Shown: one piece after another, positions 52,876-64,000 of the stretch | How the letters are laid out: each line of letters starts with the position of its first letter | Position numbering within the stretch: position 1 is the first letter of the stretch | From: Azolla caroliniana | Lineage: Eukaryota > Plantae > Polypodiophyta | Direction: 5' to 3' | NCBI GenBank assembly: GCA_043228905.1 | Contig: JBHGNT010000020.1 | Span: 14,012,001-14,076,000 of the forward strand | Length of the DNA: 64,000 bases | Translations under genes and position numbers: made by a program | The notes under the pieces: model-generated | Told to the model about the DNA's origin: nothing | The model's input: the letters and a program-made list of their open reading frames with translations, nothing else | Databases searched by the model: none

Positions 52876-54870
52876 TGGTATTAGAGCACAATAAGATATG
52901 TAGGGCCAAGTTGCACAACGGAAGAAGCAAAGCTGGGGGTTGATATTTCACATGCATGGCAGAAAGGAGAAGGAAAAAGGATTTCAACTCAAGAGAGATG
53001 GGTGAAGGGGAAAGGACAACACTGAGCAATACATTACAAGACAAAAGTAAACCAGGAAATCAAAGAAGTAGAGCACTTAAGGAATTGCGAGGAGGAGCAA
53101 GTTAGGGAGAGATGGCTGAGAGAAGAGGAGGGATCAGGAGTAAACACAATGGAAACGCAAGGAAGAACGCATGTGGAAGGCAAGCAAGGGAGATTGGAAG
53201 AGCTTATCCATAGAGTGGAATTAGGCAATGGTGGAGATCGCCACAACAACCTTGGTACATTCAAACCAATCAAACCACATACGTATGTAGGAGAAAGGAA
53301 CTCCATAACACTTACAAGATGGATAAGGGAAATTGAGTTGTTCTTGGTTCAAATTTGTGTAGAGCCAGAGCTATGGGTGATAGTGTCAGCAAGTTTTCTA
53401 GATGGACCCGCACAACACTAGAATTTGCATCCTGGACAAAGTTCAAAGGAGAGTTGCGGTAATAATTTATCCCTCACAACGAGTATTTACGCGTTATGTA
53501 TGAGTGGAAGGCATTGAAGCAAGGAGAGGGTCAACTTATCGCCTATACTGAGAAATATCGTCAATTAGTATTACAAAACATGTGAAGGAGAGGGCCAACT
53601 TTACCTCATCTACATCCAATCACCAACCTTCATGGGTTTGTGTTCGGCTTAAGGCCACATATTCGGATAGAGGTGGGGAAGATGAACCCACAATCATGTG
53701 AAGAAGCCATGCGATTAGCAGAACGAATTAGTGACATCGAAGCCAATACAGGTCTAACCTATGGCAATCAACTTGCTACCTTCAACAATAGGAGTTGGAC
53801 GACAACAACGGACTTGATGGGGAGAGGTTTAACTCGAGGAGAAGCTTCCCAAAATCAATGGATGAGCAATACAGGGCAAGGTGTACCACTGCTCAATAAT
53901 ACCCCAATAACATCAGCTTGTGGTCCTGTGAAGAGGAGATAATGTTTTGAGTGCGGTGGTCTAAACCTTGCATTAGAATACCCAAAAAGAAACAATTCCA
54001 GGTGAGAGTAGGCTCGTCCCAACTTGAGATAACGGAAGGCGAGGAAGGAACCGAGTGGGAAGCAAACACATCGATAGCTCAATACGAGGATGAAGTGGAT
54101 GAAACCATAATTTGAGCTAGCGCGATCAAATCACGGCCTACCTGCCTTAATGCAAGTCTAAGCAACACAAGCAACTTATTTCTACAAGTTAAAATCAATG
54201 GGTACACGTGTGAAGCTATGAGCGATAATGGAGCAACTCACAATTTCATAATGCAATTGTATGCAAGGAATTTTGGCTTGAAACTACAACCACTAAGCAA
54301 TCTTGCAGACAATTTTGTAATGGGATTCACAAATACATGCTCGATAGTGGAAGATGTTAAGGTAGAAGCTAGAGATTGGAAGGGACAAACAACATTTCTC
54401 TCAGTAGATATGGATGGCTTTGATGTAATCTTGGGCTTGGAATGAGCGATAATGGAGCAACTCACAATTTCATAATGCAATTGTATGCAAGGAATTTTGG
54501 CTTGAAACTACAACCACTAAGCAATCTTGCAGACAATTTTGTAATGGGATTCACAAATACATGCTCGATAGTGGAAGATGTTAAGGTAGAAGCTAGAGAT
54601 TGGAAGGGACAAACAACATTTCTCTCAGTAGATATGGATGGCTTTGATGTAATCTTGGGCTTGGAATGGGTTGACAAGTATGTCATCTCCCAGTTTTGGA
54701 AAAAGATAGAGAAACTTCTATTAGACAATGAGGATGGAAAAGGTGGCGTCATTGTAAACACATACAAGCATTGGAAAAGGTGGCGTCATTGGATAAGGAC
54801 GAGAGGTCTACAAATTGGAAGGCTAGAATTGCCTCTTTGCACGTTCGGTTATGCTCAACCAAGGTTGCAA
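52876..54870 (+). mobile_element. Decayed Ty3/gypsy gag-protease relic with a 224-bp internal tandem duplication (54218-54441 / 54442-54665)
   Basis: PBS-like TGGTATTAGAGC at about 52876 after ...GTAACA; gag KPHTYVGERNSITLTRWIREIE...SFLDGPAQH; FGLRPHIR; degenerate knuckle CFECG; protease DNGATHNFI...FDVILGLEW. Confidence 0.8.
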
Positions 54871-55019
54871 GCATAGATTTCCCATGCATGATATTCATGG
54901 TATTCTACATCCGTAATATTCGTAATATTCGAGAATACAAAATGACCCCAAGAATATTACATAACCATTCATTCATTTATTTATTATTTAAAATTTTATT
55001 ATTATTATTTATTTAACCA

Positions 55020-55424
55020 TTCGAGTAAAAAGTGGGGAATTAATGAGCCTTTTATTTATTTATTTATTAAAAATAAAACAAATACTTTTAAGTTTTACAT
55101 CAATTATAAAAATATTATTAGTGTGACGTCCCATTTTTTATGTCACATAAAAATATCAAAATTTGTGGGAGAGTAAAAAATGAGGAATCAACGAACCTTT
55201 CATTTATTTATTGATTGTTTTATGAAAAAATAAAACAAATACTTTTTAAGTTTTATATTTATTATAAAAATAATATTAGTGTGAGGTGCCCTTTTTAATG
55301 ACAAATAAAAATATCAAATTTTGTGGGAGAGTAAAAAGTGGGGAATTAATGAAACTTTTATTTAAAAAATAAAACAAATACTTTTAAGTTTTACATCTAT
55401 TATACAAATATTATTACTCTAAGT
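55020..55424. repeat. Three diverged AT-rich repeats of about 145-160 bp
   Basis: gagtaaaaa(g/a)tg(g/a)ggaat...aaatacttttaagtttta recurs near 55023, 55171 and 55328. Confidence 0.7.
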
Positions 55425-55645
55425 AATTCCATTTAGGACCAGACGCTGAATTAACCATTGGCTGTTTCCGCCATTGGCTTCGTTGTGAATATGTGGTCAC
55501 CATGGTGGTCACTATGTAAAAAGAGGCAGTGGGTTACTCTTGTTGTAAATAGTTAGGTGAGAATTATGCTGTTTTGATTATGGCTGTTCTTCGATGTAAT
55601 TCTTTTGCTAACTAATGGGAAGTAGTGTTTTTTTTTGGAAAAAAA
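55425..55645 (+). mobile_element. Short retroposed insert with poly(A) and a 19-bp TSD
   Basis: TSD AAATATTATTACTCTAAGT at 55406-55424 and 55646-55664; A-tract at the 3' end. Confidence 0.85.
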
Positions 55646-55764
55646 AAATATTATTACTCTAAGTCTCCTTCTTAATGTGAAGTAAAATATCCCCTTTTTT
55701 ATTGTCAAATTCCTCCTTGTCATAACTTATAACTTATATGATATATCTAAGAAACTAAAAAGTA

Positions 55765-56340
55765 TTAAAGCACAAAATGTATTTGATGAGCTTCCACTCT
55801 AAGATGTAGTTTCTTGGTTCATATGTATGCTACATGTGGTATGCTTGAGAAAGCAAGAAAAGTATTGGAAGAGCTTCATCTTTGAGATATGTTGGCTTGG
55901 TCAGCCCTTATTGCTGGCTATGCTCAACAAGGACAAGCACATGAAGCCCTAAAGTGTCTCAAACACAGGGAAAGTGAGGGCATATCTCCTGACAGCATAA
56001 CATTAGTATGTGTGATGAGTGCATGTGGTCACATTGGGCTCGTAAACGATGCCAAAATGCTTTTTCAGATTATGACCACAAAATATTGTATTTCTCCAAA
56101 CTTAGAGCATCTTAATTGCATGGTTGTAGTATTTGGATGTGGGGGGCAATATGATAAGGCTATTTCAGCGATCAAGGTAATGCCAGTTTTTGAGTATTCA
56201 ATCATATGGATTTCACTATTGGGTGCTTCTAGGAAATGGGGAAATGAGAAGCTTTGGAGATTATTTTTGCAATACAACTACATAATAATGGTATAGTGTC
56301 ATATGTTCTCATGGCTGATATATTTGGAAGTGATGGTAAC
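55765..56340 (+). pseudogene. PLS/E-class PPR pseudogene fragment
   Basis: AQNVFDELPL*DVVSW, MYATCGMLEKARKVLEELHL*DMLAWSALIAGYAQQG...SACGHIGLV...EHLNCMV...WISLLGASRKWGN (E motif), with stops and frameshifts. Confidence 0.85.
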
Positions 56341-56554
56341 ATGATTTGAATAAAACATTAATCTTGGTGAAAGCAAGAATATGAATATGTCATGCATGTT
56401 TATGTCAATGAGCATACTATGGTTGCATATAATGATCATGGATGAATTTGGTGGGTTCTGACAACTCATAAACATGAACATACCATTGATATCTGTCATG
56501 AAGACATACATTTTGGCCTTACAAGAATTCGAGCCCACGACGTCTTGGTCTATA

Positions 56555-58821
56555 TGTTAAACCTTTAACCATTATAATAACATATATGATAATAAATATA
56601 TTATTAGTTATTACAAGATATTTAAAGTATTCTAGAACATTCTAGGACATTCCATGATTATATTAAATATCATAAATATCTAAAATATTCTAGAACATTC
56701 TAGAATACTCCATAAGGACCTATAAATAGGTTTCTATTCATTCATCACAACTCATTCGATTCAACACTAGTCTTTAGCCCTCGACCTACTCTTTGTAACC
56801 TTGTTTCCTTATAATATAATCTCATTTCCATTTCTTGTCTTCTCTCTCTCTCTCTCCTACTCACGAGTCTCGACAGTTTGAACCAAATATTCTTTTCTTC
56901 TTCTTCTTCTCTTAAACTTATTTAAGCGAATCTAGCAAATCTCTCTCGTAACTATGGAGTCCGTTAGCAAGCAAGAATATATGTGTGTTCTCTCCGAACT
57001 CGATATGCTAACAACCAAATTCGTGGCCATGGAGCAAGAAAATCAAAGATTGCTAGGCAACCTACAACAAGTAAGTGCTGAGAAGGTACAACAATTTGAA
57101 GAGTTATCTCAACGGGTGCATCAATTGGAGGCTACTATATTGCAACGACAAGTGGTGGAAGTTCAAACTTTACCGAAAGAACCAAAGATTAGTCTACTAG
57201 CCAAGTTTGATGGTACAAGGTCTCAATTTCGTGGATTTTTAAATCAGGTACGACTTGTGATTAAATTGCATCCTAGCCGTTATCCAACTAATGTTGCCCG
57301 TGTGGGACTAGTTGGTACCTTGTTAACGGGTACCGCATTAGCATGGTTTGCACCACTCCTAGAGAAGCACTCACCATTATTAGAAGATTTTGAAGGGTTT
57401 ATTAATGAGTTCCAAGCCAATTTTGGAGACGCTGATAGTATGAGAACCGTAATAAACAAAATTCAACGATTACGACAAGGAGATCGTCCTGCTTCCGCTT
57501 ATGGTGCAGATTTTCGCCCTTCTAGCATGTGATATTTCATGGGACGAGGTGGGGTTAATGGACCAATTTCGTCAAGGTCTATTCAATGATGTGAAGGATT
57601 TACTTCTTACCTTCCATGATGATCCAAAATCTCTTACTGAAGCAGTAAGCCGAGTCGTGTGATGTGACAATCGCTTATTTGAGCGGCGTTCTAAGCACCA
57701 ACAAATGTTACGCTTCCAATCAACAGAAACATATGCTTCAATGGTCGCAACTCCACCCCAAGTATCAAAGTCAAGTTTGGTGGAAGGCCCTACTCCAATG
57801 GAAATCAAGACAACACAACGTTGAGGACAAATATCGGATGCTGAAAAGCAATGACGATGAGCGAATCATCTATGCCTCTATTGTGGTGGTCCAAGGCATA
57901 TTGTTGTGAATTGTCCACATAAACCACGACGACTAGTTAACCAAGTGCTCATGACAATCCCATCTCAATTTCTGCCCCACCTTCTCGTAACCCAAGTAGG
58001 CCTAGTAGTCCCTGTCATAAAAATACATTTGATGTCTTGATCCAATTAGATGATGTGTTAAATGAGTAAGTCCGGAAAAAATCGGAGCCATTTGGTTGGA
58101 TAGCCCTAGGCATATAACGTTTGTCCCTAGTTGTGGTTCCATTTCATCCGGTCAAGTTAGTCGAGTTTTCTTTGCACAAGTTGAGCTTAACACATCTAGG
58201 TGCCATCAAGTCCCAACGTCTGCCCTCTTAGACTCTAGAGACAACTCTTGTTTCATGGATCGTGAGTTTGTTGTAATGCATAATATTCAGTTGCATAAGC
58301 TCCCAAGCCCAGTGTCTGTCGGAGTCATTGATGGACGCCCCATAGCATGAGGTGATATAGTTGAAGAGTCTGAACCAATTCGTGTAGTCCTAGGCAATCT
58401 GGTTAGTGTCATCTCATTCAACATCATTAGTAGTCCAAAGCACTCCCTAGTTCTTGGTCTTCCATGGTTTGAGCTACATAACCGAACTATTGATTGGAGG
58501 AAAAGAACCATTGAAGAGGTCACAATACAGTCCGAGTCTCTTAAAACTCCAACAAAGGATATGACATTCCAAAAGATTTCGACAATCTCTATACATCAGC
58601 TACGTCAGGAAGAACAGAAGGAAGACATGTTGGTGTTCGCAGTTTTAGCAACTCCCACATCGAGCTCACAAGAATCGGGGGTCCAACTACCGAAGAAATA
58701 TATAGAATTCACCGATGTGTTTGATAAGGTGAAGGCCAATAGACTACCAGAGCATCGACCATATGATTGCCCGATTGATTTGCAGCCTGGAAAAGAGCCT
58801 CCATGGGAACCAATTTATAAC
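56555..58821 (+). mobile_element. Ty3/gypsy element of Tcn1/Tf1-sushi type (LTR about 56555-56875, gag 56954-57930, protease, start of RT), interrupted by the copia insertion
   Basis: PEG10/sushi-like gag KEPKISLLAKFDGTRSQFRGFLNQVRL...LLTGTALAWF; knuckle CLYCGGPRHIVVNC; protease ALLDS; RT start EFTDVFDKVKANRLPEHRPYDCPIDLQPG; TATAAAT at 56721. Confidence 0.82.
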
Positions 58822-61800
58822 AGTTGAGAATCAAGCTCAACATAGTGCAACGTGTGAACGCACCTTTGAGAATGTATGTGCACTCAAAGGTCAAGAGCCA
58901 TACCACTCTCTACACATTAAACTATGTGTCATAGAATCATATTCTATGACACATAACTAATGAGTTACATATTCCCCATGACTATGAGTCTTCACATTCC
59001 CCAAGAGAGAGACTGGTTGTTGTAAGTTAATGAAGAGAGAGGGTGACTCTATATAAAGCACCCTCCTCATACTTCATAAAAAGTCGGTTGTGACTTCTTG
59101 TTATGCTACATTTTGTAATTCTTATTCTACTTGTCAAATATACACCTTCTTCTTGAGTATTCTATTTTCCTCTCATTCATCTATCTTGAGTTCTCTTTTT
59201 TGTCCTCTCTTTTCCTCTCACACATATACGCACATAACATATATCTATTCTGATGCACAAGAATCACCATTGATTCTTTACATGGTATCAGAGCGATTTG
59301 GTAGCTCGATCTAGTCCCCTCGCCTCATCGTGATTGTGTGTTGTTCTCTACGCCAACGTTCAAGAAGAACTGGCTCATCGTTATCGTAGTACCACTACAT
59401 AGCTCGTGTTTAAGAGAGAAGGAAAAGAACAAAGGAAGCTTAATCGACAATGAATACTCAAATGGGGAGCGCTCTCCCTAGCGAGAAGTTGGATCGCAAC
59501 AACTTTGCATCTTGGGAGTACAAGATGCAACAATACCTTGTTGGCCAAGGCTATTGGAGTTACATCAAGGGAGCACAAGAAAACCGACCCGACTCGAAAG
59601 ACACCGACTATGCAACTTGGGAGCAAGCGACAAGCCGAGTGATGTATTGCTTGGCGACATGTGTTCACGACCACATGCTCGGCTACATTCAAGAAACCGA
59701 AATGCCGAAGGAAGCGTGGGAGAATCTACGAAAGATTTTCGCCGCCAACATGACCGCGAGAAAGCTTCAACTCCGCCAAGAGTTGAACAACATCCAACAA
59801 CGGGATATGTCCATTACAAGCTACAACTTGAAGATCAAGGAGCTTTGTGATGCACTTGGCTCGATAAGCGTCAATGTGGAGGATGACGAAATGGTGCAAA
59901 TATGCCTCGACGGCCTTGCACCACGGTTCGGCGCGATGTGGACCGCCGAACTAGCACGGGAGAATCCGCCCTCCTTCAATCTTCAATCCATGTTGTTGGT
60001 CGAAGAGAATCATGTTTGAACAAGGAGCAACACCTCGGATGGCCACATGCTCTACACGCATTTGGACGGAGGAAGAGGACGCGATCGTGCAAGAAGAGGC
60101 CGATTCGGCCAAGGACGAGGCGGACGAGGCCTGACTTACGAAAACAACTCGCAATTTCGGCATCAAGACGGAAGCCATCGAGGAACCTTCGGAAGAAGGG
60201 GGAGCTTCCATTCCGGTCCGAGTCGACAAAACTCGGTTGAATGCGGATATTGCAGAAAAATCGGCCACCGCGAAGAAGAGTGCCGAAAGAAAATGCGCGA
60301 GTCGGCTTCCACTAGTCGACAACTCACCAATTACGCTGTCGACTCCGAGTACGATGATTATGGTGGATTATTTGTAATGAGACATAGAGCGAATTCTATG
60401 TTGACCTCTACTTCTACTAGTGCCTCTAGTCTGGAAGACATATGGTTCGTCGATTCCGGTGCCTAGAACCATATGAAATCGCATCAAGAATGGTTCTGAG
60501 AACTTCGAGAGCTGGACCGACCCGGCTATGTTGAAACTAGAAACGACACTACACACCCGATTCGGCACATCGGCAATGTTCCGATCGGAAAAGAAGGTAA
60601 GCAAAATTACATTAAAAATGTCTTGCATGTACCAACTATCATGAAGAATTTGGTCCCCGTCGGCCAAATTGTAGAGCAAGGAATGCAAGTTCGATTTAAT
60701 CAAGGTGGTTGCTTCATCGAAAAAGGGGGCCAACTCATCGCGCGCGGACGAAGAGAGGGCTGAATGTTCATTCTCGATTCGCACGAGATGAAATCGGCCA
60801 TGTTCGCAAAAGGCACGAAAGCCGAGTCCGACATAGAGTTATGGCACAAGCGGATTGGCCATATCAACCTTCAAAAGCTCAAGGCGATGCAATCGAAAGG
60901 AGTCATCATCGGACTCCCGACCTTTAAAGAGAGAGAGAGATTGAAGGCGTATGTGCGGCTTGCCAATTCGGCAAACAACATCGGCACCTATTTCCGAAGG
61001 AGCGGAACATGAACAAAGGCATACTCCACGTAATTCATTCCGATGTATGGGGTTTGGCTCAGACGGCTACATTCGGTGGACGCCGATACTTCGTGGCCTT
61101 CATTGATGACTTCTCCAGGCACACATGGATCTACCCCATGTGGCAAAAGAGCGAAGTGTTCGAACACTTCCAAAAATTTAAGAATGAAGTTGAGAAAGCC
61201 ACGGGCCGACATGTACGATGTCTTTGGTTGGATGGAGGCAAGGAGTACTTCTCCGACGAATTTTTGGCGTTTCTACGGAAAGAAGGAATACGAAGAGAGT
61301 TTTCGTGTCGACATACGCCACAACAAAACGGAGTAGCCGAACACAAGAATCGGCACATCCTCGAAGTGGCACGGGCTATGCTTAACGAAAAGCACATGCC
61401 GAAATTGTATTGGGCGGAAGCAACTAACACGGCCGTATACCTCATGAATCGGTGTACAACATCGGGTGTGCACGAACTTACTTTGCATGAGAAGTTTTTC
61501 GGAAAGAAGCCAGACCTATCACATGTTCGGATATTCGGCTCCATTGCGTACATGCACATCCCCAACGAGAAGCGTCAAAAGCTCGACCCGAAGTTGGAGA
61601 AATGTATCCTCATAGGATACTTATTGGGGCAAAAGGGGTACAAGTGCTATAACCCCTCAACTCGAAAATCTCGAGTAAGTTGACATGTCGTTTTCGACGA
61701 GTTCGCATCTTGGTACGCACCAGAGACAACTTCGACTTCGATTCCACTCGACCCATATTCCGCCGAAATAGAGATAGAAGCCGAAGATCGGCTCACGCGC

Positions 61801-64000
61801 ATGTTCGAAGAAAGCCCAATTACGACAAGGCTTAGTGGGCCACAAGAGCCCCCAAGCAATCAAAGCACATCTCGGCCGAGTTCGAAGTTGGACAAAAGCA
61901 AGGCGAAAATGCCGGAGTATGAAGACAATCACCTCGACGGCAACGAATCGACTCACTCCCTCGATAGTGAGTTCGAAGGCCTTGAGATTCGGACAAATGG
62001 AGTGGAGAAAGCCGTAGTATCCGCAAATGAGAAGCTCCACCGATACACCCGTGAAAAGAATCCTGTAAGCCGATTCGGCTACAATGATTATATGGCGTAC
62101 CATTACGCTTTTATGATGAAGGTAGCGACAGTACGAGAGCCAGAAACGTTTTCCAAAGCCGCGACAAACCCCAGATGAGTTGAAGCGATGAATGAGGAGA
62201 TGCAAGTACTCTCCAAGAACGAGACATGGGATCTCGTTCCCCACTCACCGCACAAGAAGACAATTAGTTGTAGATGGATCTACAAGGTGAAGTATAATGC
62301 TGATGACTCCGTAAACCGTTACAAATCTTGACTCGTAGCGAAAGGATACGCTCAGACATGGAGCCGACTATGAAGAGACATTTGCCCCAGTGGCAAAGAT
62401 GACGACGGTGCGGACCGTAATTGCACTTGCAGCGGCAAAAGGGTGGCACCTCCACCAGATGGACGTCAAGAACGCTTTCCTCCAAGGTGAATTAGAAGAG
62501 GAGGTGTACATGGTACAACCTCCCGGCTTCGAATCATGCATTCATTCGAAAGCTGTGTGCTGACTCAAGAAGCCACTCTACGGCCTCAAGTAAGCACCGC
62601 GTGCTTGGCATTCGAAGATTACGCAATATCTTCATCAAATCGGCTTTCGAATGTCGAAATTCAACAACTCCCTCTACGTACGACACAACTCTAGAAGGTT
62701 AATTGTCATCATCCTATACGTGGATGATCTGGTCATTGGAGGTGAAAGTCTAGTCGACATCAACAAGGTCAAGTCCCTCCTCTCCGGTAAATTCGAGATG
62801 ACGGACATGAAGGAGCTCCATTACTTCCTGGGCATCGAAGTAATTCGGATTCCGACCGACATTATGATCTCTCAACGGCACTACATCCTCAACTTGTTAT
62901 ACAAGTTCGTGATGACTGAGTGCAAATCGGTGGCTACGCCTCTCGATCGAAACCTCAAACTAGATGCTGACTTCGACACAGATGAGTGCGAGCCAACTCA
63001 ATATCGTCAACTGATCGGGAGCCTCATCTATCTCACGATCACTCGACCCGAACTTAGCTATCTAGTCGGACTCCTTAGCCAATTCATGCAAACTCCGTGA
63101 GATATCCATTTCGATTGCGCTAAGCGATTATTACGATACGTGGGCGGCACAATGGATTATGACGCTCTCTACGCATCGGCCACACCAATACGACTCGAAG
63201 GGTACACAGACGTGGATTGGGAAGGCTACAAAGCCGATCGACGATCGACCTCCGGATTTGTCTTCTCGCTCGGTAGTGGAGCAATATCTTGGAGTAGTAA
63301 GAAGCAGCCTACCATCGCACTTTCGAGTACGGAGGCTGAATACAGGGGCGAAACTGTAACTGCATGTGAAGCTATATGGGTCAAGAGGATTTTGAAGGAT
63401 CTGGGCGTTCCCATCAAGGATCCGACTCCCATTTACTGCGACAACATGAGCAGTATATATTTAGCTCGAAACCCGGTGTTCCACGCATGCACAAAGCATA
63501 TCAAAGTGCACTACCACTTCATTCGAGAGCGTGTTCAGGCTAGAGATGTCGATCTTCTACACATCAACACGAATCTTCAGACAACCGACATCTTCACCAA
63601 GGCCCTAGGAGCCGACAAGCTTCGACAATTCATGTCAGACCTCAGATTGACGATTCTTGACTTGCCAAGCTTGAGGGGGAGTACAAGCGAGAACAGGATA
63701 CCGTTCGAACCAGGTATGAGCCGAAGCGGACACTGGAGATCATCCGAACCGGATACGAGCTGAAGCGGACATTAATTGAAAGGAACCGACCCGAGTTGAG
63801 CTTGAGGGGGCATGTTGAGAATCAAGCTCAACATAGTGCAATGTGTGAACACACCTTTAAGAATTGTTGAGAATCAAGCTCAACATAGTGCAATGTGTGA
63901 ACACACCTTTGAGAATCTATGTGCACTCAAAGGTCAAGAGTCATACCATTCTCTACACATTAAACTATGTGTCATAGAATCATATTCTATGACACATAAC
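58822..64000 (+). mobile_element. Ty1/copia LTR retrotransposon, decayed (5' LTR 58822-59282; 3' LTR starts at 63813 and runs past the window end)
   Basis: PBS TGGTATCAGAGC 59283-59294; gag from 59450 with CGYCRKIGHREEEC; protease WFVDSGA; GAG-pre-integrase LWHKRIGH; integrase IHSDVWG...QQNGVAE; RT LYVDD; RNase H ...TDIFTKAL; PPT TTGAGGGGG 63802-63810; many stops and frameshifts. Confidence 0.96.

Overview
Eukaryotic, AT-rich land-plant nuclear DNA. It is most likely a fern or other seed-free vascular plant (inferred from histone H3 Phe41, PLS-class PPR relics, a Tcn1/sushi-like gypsy element and an Sfi1-repeat protein suggesting flagellated sperm). Genes: a two-exon PLP-dependent aminotransferase class V / MoCo-sulfurase-like gene (-), an intronless H3.1-type histone (+), a six-exon histidine phosphotransfer (AHP/HPt) gene missed by the ORF track (-), a multi-exon Sfi1-like-repeat plus six-blade Kelch gene (-), a probable TM plus RING-H2 gene (+), and two PPR pseudogenes. 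Much of the rest is nested transposons: LINEs with TSDs, a MITE, a very young chromovirus with intact pol but no capsid domain, older gypsy relics and a Ty1/copia. The standout observation is a histone-type 3' stem-loop (AAAAC-GGTGTA-TTTA-TACACC-ACCA) 41 nt after the H3 stop codon; land-plant histone mRNAs are generally regarded as polyadenylated and stem-loop-less. All splice models and alignments were read by eye.
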